Below are positions 58,925-64,000 of a stretch of 64,000 bases of DNA, piece after piece. The stretch covers positions 186,001 through 250,000 of the forward strand of contig JAVKOQ020000050.1 of NCBI GenBank assembly GCA_031835245.2, given 5' to 3'. The first letter of the stretch is position 1, and every line of letters starts with the position of its first letter. Position numbers and translations under genes: made by a program. The notes under the pieces are model-generated. The model ran no database searches. It saw nothing but the letters and a program-made list of their open reading frames with translations, and had not been told where the DNA came from. Origin of the DNA: Balamuthia mandrillaris. Taxonomy: Eukaryota.

Positions 58925-61900
58925 TCATGATACCGCTCTCCAATATGCCTGGACCAGGTCTGGGGCGTTGATAACGTTACGCTCAGGCTCCCAAGAGTTG
59001 TGGCGGTTGGAGAAACCTTTCCACTTCAACCTATATTCAAGTCCTCGGCTGGTATAGCGGTGATCAAGAATTTTCTCCACCTCATATTCATCATCAGCAA
59101 GCTCTCTATCTTCGTCGTCACGCGGGATGAATTTTTTGACGCGGTTGAGGTTTACCACTTTATCCGTTTCAGGACCAGCAGTATTCCGCACCTTAATTGT
59201 CTGCGGAGAACAGATTTTGATAATCTTGTAGGGTCCTCCTTTCCACCTACGTCGAAGTTTCTGCGACTCGCCGATGGATGTGGCTTTGGAGTGAATGAGA
59301 ACCAGGTCGCCAACCTTAAACTCTTCCTCCGGCTTGCCATGCCGTATCTCCGTCTTCTCTTTTTGCGCGTTGTCTACTCCGCGGGCTTCTTCTGCAAGTT
59401 CACGCTGTGTCTCCTGCAGTTGCCTCACCCACGAATCGTCGGACAAGTGTGTTGTGTCCACCAAACCGGTACCGTTGGACTTCCTCCCAAACATAAGCTC
59501 GTAGGGGGTAAATCGTCGTCCTGGCAGCGGCGCGTGGCGATAAGAATAAAGTAGCATAGGAAGGTACGCACTCCAGGCTTGTTGCCTGCCATCCACGAAC
59601 TTTCGGAGCTGCTCCTTAAGGGTGCGGTTGTATCGTTCAACCATGCCGTTTCCTTGGGGATGCTCTGCCGTGGCGTATTTGCGCTTGATGCCAAGAAGAG
59701 TCGAAAGCTCATTGTTGAGTTTGTTAACGAACTCTCTTCCTTGATCTGACAGAAGCTCCTTAGGGAGGTCCGTGCTCGCGAAGATCTCAAGTATCTCGTT
59801 CCTAAGCTCCTTGGGCACAATTTGTTGGACGGTAGCTTGTTTGACCTGGGCTTTATCAGGCCAAATCGCGCGTAAAAGATGTCCGTCTTGAAGGAAGCAC
59901 TGCTCCATGAGCGCCAACTGACGGGGTGTCTTGCGTTGACATGCCTCCTCGTTGCCTTCAATGGCTTCGACGATCCATAAAAACTCATCGTCGTTATGCA
60001 GCAGCTCAAGCCATGAGTCGGAATCCAACTCCGTATCCGGTAAAACCTGCGGGGAGCCATTTGGTTGTGACTGTATCCCACGGTCGTCTTCGTCATCTGA
60101 CTGGCTGCCTTCCCCTCCGTCTTCGAAAGTAACCTGAATGCGGTTCTTCGGACGAGTAACAGTGTTGACTGTACCGAGAGCGAACGATTCACGGCTGAGA
60201 CTATCGGCATTGAAATGTTCCTTCCCTGGTCGGTGGGTAACTCGGACGTGGCCGAATTCCTGCAGCTTGGCAATCCACCTCGCCAACTTGCCCGAAGGGT
60301 TTTTCTGGGAGAACAGCCACTGCAGCGCCGAATGGTCGGTGATGACACATTCCAGCTGCTGAAGAACATAATGTCTCCAATGCTGTAGGAAAAAGACAAC
60401 GGCATAAGCCTCCTTCTCCGTAGCGCTCCAATTGAGCTGCGGACCGGAAAGCTTCTTGCTACCGTAGGCTACAACGTGGTATAGCCCGTCCTCTCCTTTC
60501 TGTTCCAGAGTTCCCCCGATGGCGTAATCGCTGGCATCACAGCAGATCCGAAAGTCTTTTTCAGCATCGGGATAGGCAAGGACAGGAGAACTGATCAGAG
60601 CCTCCTTTATCCGTTGAAACGCCTGTTCCTGCTAGTCGCTCCACACGAACTTCGTTTTTGGGCTCGTGAGGTCGGTGAGGGGCTTCACCATCTCGGCGAG
60701 ATGATGGATAAACTTGCGATAGTAGTTCGCAAGTCCGAGAAAGCTTTGTAGTTGCTTTCTGGTAGTAGGGCGAGGGTAATCTTGCACCGCCTTGACCTTG
60801 CTCTGTACAGGGCTAATTCCGTCGCTAGACACCATATGCCCAAGGTACTCCATCGTCTCCTTCACGAAGGCGCACTTGTTGACCTTCACGTAGAGGCGAT
60901 ACTCACGGAGACGCTCAAAGACCTTGCGTAGGTGAACGAGGTGGTCCTCGAATGTCTTAGAAAAGACGATGAGGTCGTCGATATGACACCAAGAAAACTT
61001 CCGCTTGAATTCGCCGAAGATCTCGTCCATTCCTCGTTGGAACGTAGCCGGAGCGTTAGTAGGTCCGAAGGGCATAACCACAGGCTCAAACTGACCGGAT
61101 TTCGTGACAAAGGCACACATATTTGCGGTACGCTCCTCCATAAGAAAGTGCCAATAACCGCACGCTAAGTCAAACTTGGACCGGAACTTGGAGCCGTGGA
61201 GGCAATTCAGTCCGTCCTCAACGTTTGGCATAGGATAGGAGTCCTTCACTGTCCGTTTGTTTAGCTCTCTGTAGTCAATACAGAAACGTGGTTTTCCGTC
61301 CTTCTTGATGACGATGATCACCGGGTGTGCCCATTCGCTAACAGATTTGCGAATGACGCCCATGAGTAGCATGTCGTCCGTGGCAGCGTCGATGGTCTCC
61401 TGGACCTTGGCGCTGACCTTGTGAGGCTTCACACGGATGGGGGTATAATCCGTTAGGACTATCTTGTGGGGAGGAAGTTTGACACTTCCCGGCTCAGGAA
61501 GCTTGTAGCAGAAGACGTCCTTGTATTCAAGGGCCAGCTCTAGAAGCCGTGCTTTCTGCCCGATATCTAGGTCTGCGTCGTTCACGAGCTCTCTCAAGCC
61601 CGTCATTACCTCTTCCTCGGTAGGGAGCTCCACCGGGTAGATAACGTCCACGACGTCTTGGGTCTCCTTTGTGACTGAGGTGCACACTCGGTCATCATCA
61701 GAGTCACCAGACGAACCTTCCACAGGTTTGCTCTCAGCAAAAAGCAACCAGTGTTGTCGAGCTTCCAAAATGTCCCAGCCGATGAGAAAATCGTGGGGCA
61801 TCGGATCATCCTCCGCTAAGACAGCAACGGTTGCCTTAACGTTCTCGCGAGTAGGCGTCCGAAAACGAAGAGTAACGTATCCCTTCGGCTTCACCTCATG

Positions 61901-62968
61901 GCCAGTGGCACTTCTCCACATATCTCCATTATGTAAGCTACTCATCTTCACTTTTTTGGGTAGAAGTGTTTGCCGGACAAAGCTATCGGTGGCACAGGAG
62001 TCCAGCACGGCCTCGACTGTCCTTCCTCCGGAAATCTTCATTGACATCCTCGGCAGACAACGCGCGTTCTTGACGACAATATTCGTCGATCCTGTCCTTC
62101 CACCAGTACTGTCCTTCTGGGCCAGCGCCTGGCTTTGGCTTCCAGACTTGCCCTTTGTGTCCCGCAAAGCACCACCAAAAGTATCCTTCTTCTTGCTTTG
62201 GTCGACACGTTTCTTCTCCAAGCACTCTCTTGTCCAGTGCTCTCTTGACTTGCAGTTGTAGCAAAAGGGTCGCTTTTTCTTCCTGTCATTGCCCGAACCG
62301 CTGTCATTACTGTTCTTCTCCCATCTTGAGCTCTTCGACCGATGGTCTAAGCTCTTCATCACATGCCGTCGTCCTTCCCAGTCTCTTGTGAGGTTCAAGG
62401 CATCAGCCATGTTAGCGATGTCTTCCCACTGAAGGAATTTCTCCTTCAGGTCCGGAACAGCACCTGCAACGAACTTCTCTAAGACCTGAGTCTCGCTGAA
62501 ATCCGTGAGGAAAGCCTCTCGCAGTGCTGTTCTCACCCTCAAGTTCCAAGCATCCACTGACTCATCAACATTCATCCGGAGGTTTCCAAGCTTCACAATC
62601 TTTGTGGTCGCTCGGTCACGATGCTAGAAACAGTTGAGAAGTTGTGTTTTAGCTTCCGTGGGGGTTAGTAGGACGCCACCTTTCGTTCATTCTTGCTCGA
62701 GGAAGCGGCTAACGACGTCCGTGTTGTCGCGAAGTTGTCCTTCAAAGTAAAGAATGTAGTCCTGATGACTCCAGCCCGTGGCGGTCGCATAGCGGTCGAA
62801 CGAGGTCAAAAAGATGTTTGGATCCTCGCTTGGCTTGCCATGGAAGGTCAGCAGCGTTTCTGTGGTAAGCAGACTCTGCGTCAGCCGAACATCGCCCAAG
62901 CTGTCACCAGTGCTGTGTTTGGCAGTACATCGTCGTAAGTCTTGACGGCGTGCCATTAGATTGAGCAT
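58925..62968 (-). pseudogene. gag-pol polyprotein in one frame with three in-frame stops and an in-frame integrase deletion
   Basis: Stops at 62687-62689 (TGA), 62624-62626 (TAG) and 60632-60634 (TAG); CYNCKSREHWTREC, LDSCAT, RFCIDYRELN, MPFG, HIDD, CDASDYAIG, SDQGREF, NGMVER, YEVEKI..KWKGF..SWEP. Confidence 0.9.
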
Positions 62969-64000
62969 AGGTTTTCTCTTCTCCTTCTCCTCTTCTTCCT
63001 CCTCTTCGTTAGACGACGAAGAGCTGGACCCAGAGCCACAACCGTTGTCCTTTTGTCTATTATCCGAAAGTTGGGCCTTTTGTAGATCTTGTAATTGAGA
63101 GATCGAATCCTTAAGGTTAGGGTTAGGGAATCGGCCTCGTTTTAAGGCTACCCTTTGCCGGACAAGTATAAGGTATATCATAAACATAGATACATCCAAA
63201 GGAAGAACAACACTTGAAGTATTTGCTATAACAAACAGTTTGGTATTTCATGAAGTTGTAACAAAGTTATTGAGGTGCGAAAATGCGGAACCAAGGGAAC
63301 CTGCTTGGTTCCCTGGTTCCATAGCAAAAATTTCAGACTTAGAAAAAATTTCAATGTTCTCTAAGCCAAAATGATTGAAAAAAGGGAAAATTGATGTTTA
63401 TTAATAAAAAAAAGGAATACCATGCTTTTGTTTGAAAAAATAAAAAAGGTTCTTGTAGAACTCAACATGCTCTATCCAAAGAGTAAAAATATTTTATGAC
63501 TGAGTAATTAATTTTATACATGATTTTGTATTTTAAAAATAATAGAAAATATTTGTGAAACTGACTGACAAATGGATAGATAAATAGATAAATAAATGAA
63601 TAAATGAATGTTTAAAAGGTGTTTCATTAATATTGAATGAATGAATAAACAAGGGAAAAAAAATGTTCCACAACATAAAAAAACAAAACCTTGCAAAAAC
63701 AAACAACAATTAAATCAGAACAACAACTTAAAAACAAAATAAAAATTCTTCATTCTTTCCTAAACTATCATTGTTGTTGTTGCATATATCCTTTCTCAGC
63801 CTATCGGCATTAATTGTACGATAGGCGCATGGGCCTATTATCGTGAAAATCAATAAATATTCAATAAATATTTCAGGAGTATCCCAACTATTTTATTGTG
63901 ATAATTTAGCAAAATATCGTCATGGGCGGGTGGCGAAGAAAGGACACCGCAGGCTCTCAGCCACAACGTTAATGCTTTCTTTCTTTTCAAGTGGCGGCGA

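Larger units (their letters stand above)
58736..63199 (-). mobile_element. Ty3/Gypsy LTR retrotransposon with chromodomain (chromovirus), decayed; 5' LTR not found
   Basis: Domain order gag (CCHC knuckle)-protease-RT-RNase H-integrase-chromodomain, then a polypurine tract and a TG...CA LTR. Confidence 0.92.

Noticed and set aside
60632..62689. Programmed stop-codon readthrough in gag-pol
   Set aside because: The stops fall inside the capsid region and the RT-RNase H connection rather than at the gag-pol junction, and the integrase is also deleted, which indicates decay
1..64000. Fanzor/TnpB, DDE transposase, Helitron Rep/helicase or giant-virus genes
   Set aside because: No ORF with these motifs was recognised; RecQ is an intron-rich host gene

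Overview
Eukaryotic, gene-dense, intron-rich genomic DNA. Short GT-AG introns are filled with (CT)n/(CTT)n/(CTTGTT)n microsatellites on the sense strand. Gene content and style suggest a free-living amoeba (Amoebozoa, Balamuthia/Acanthamoeba-like); this is inference. About 22 genes are recognisable. They include twinfilin, a VOC/glyoxalase-like protein, a RhoGAP, a PECR-like SDR, a large talin-head(F0F1)-PH-multi-CH (fimbrin-like) fusion, a bacterial-type phosphocholine phospholipase C, a Frizzled/Smoothened-like receptor and a cytochrome P450. Further along are TTC39, an intronless SDR, a START protein, NAPE-PLD, LSm8, kish/TMEM167, LON-RING, Sec14/CRAL-TRIO, an unknown membrane protein, ankyrin-RING, a RecQ helicase, an SLC17 MFS transporter and an NCLX/CCX exchanger. 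Two accessory regions stand out. (i) A ~5.7 kb island at ~4.85-10.55 kb lies between two divergent genes and carries an intronless RhoGAP, three different tandem arrays, a repeated microexon cassette and a decayed F-box-like ORF. (ii) A decayed chromodomain-bearing Ty3/Gypsy retrotransposon at 58.7-63.2 kb has only its 138-bp 3' LTR visible. Exon boundaries were read by eye, so gene spans are approximate. No CRISPR array, tRNA or rRNA was found.
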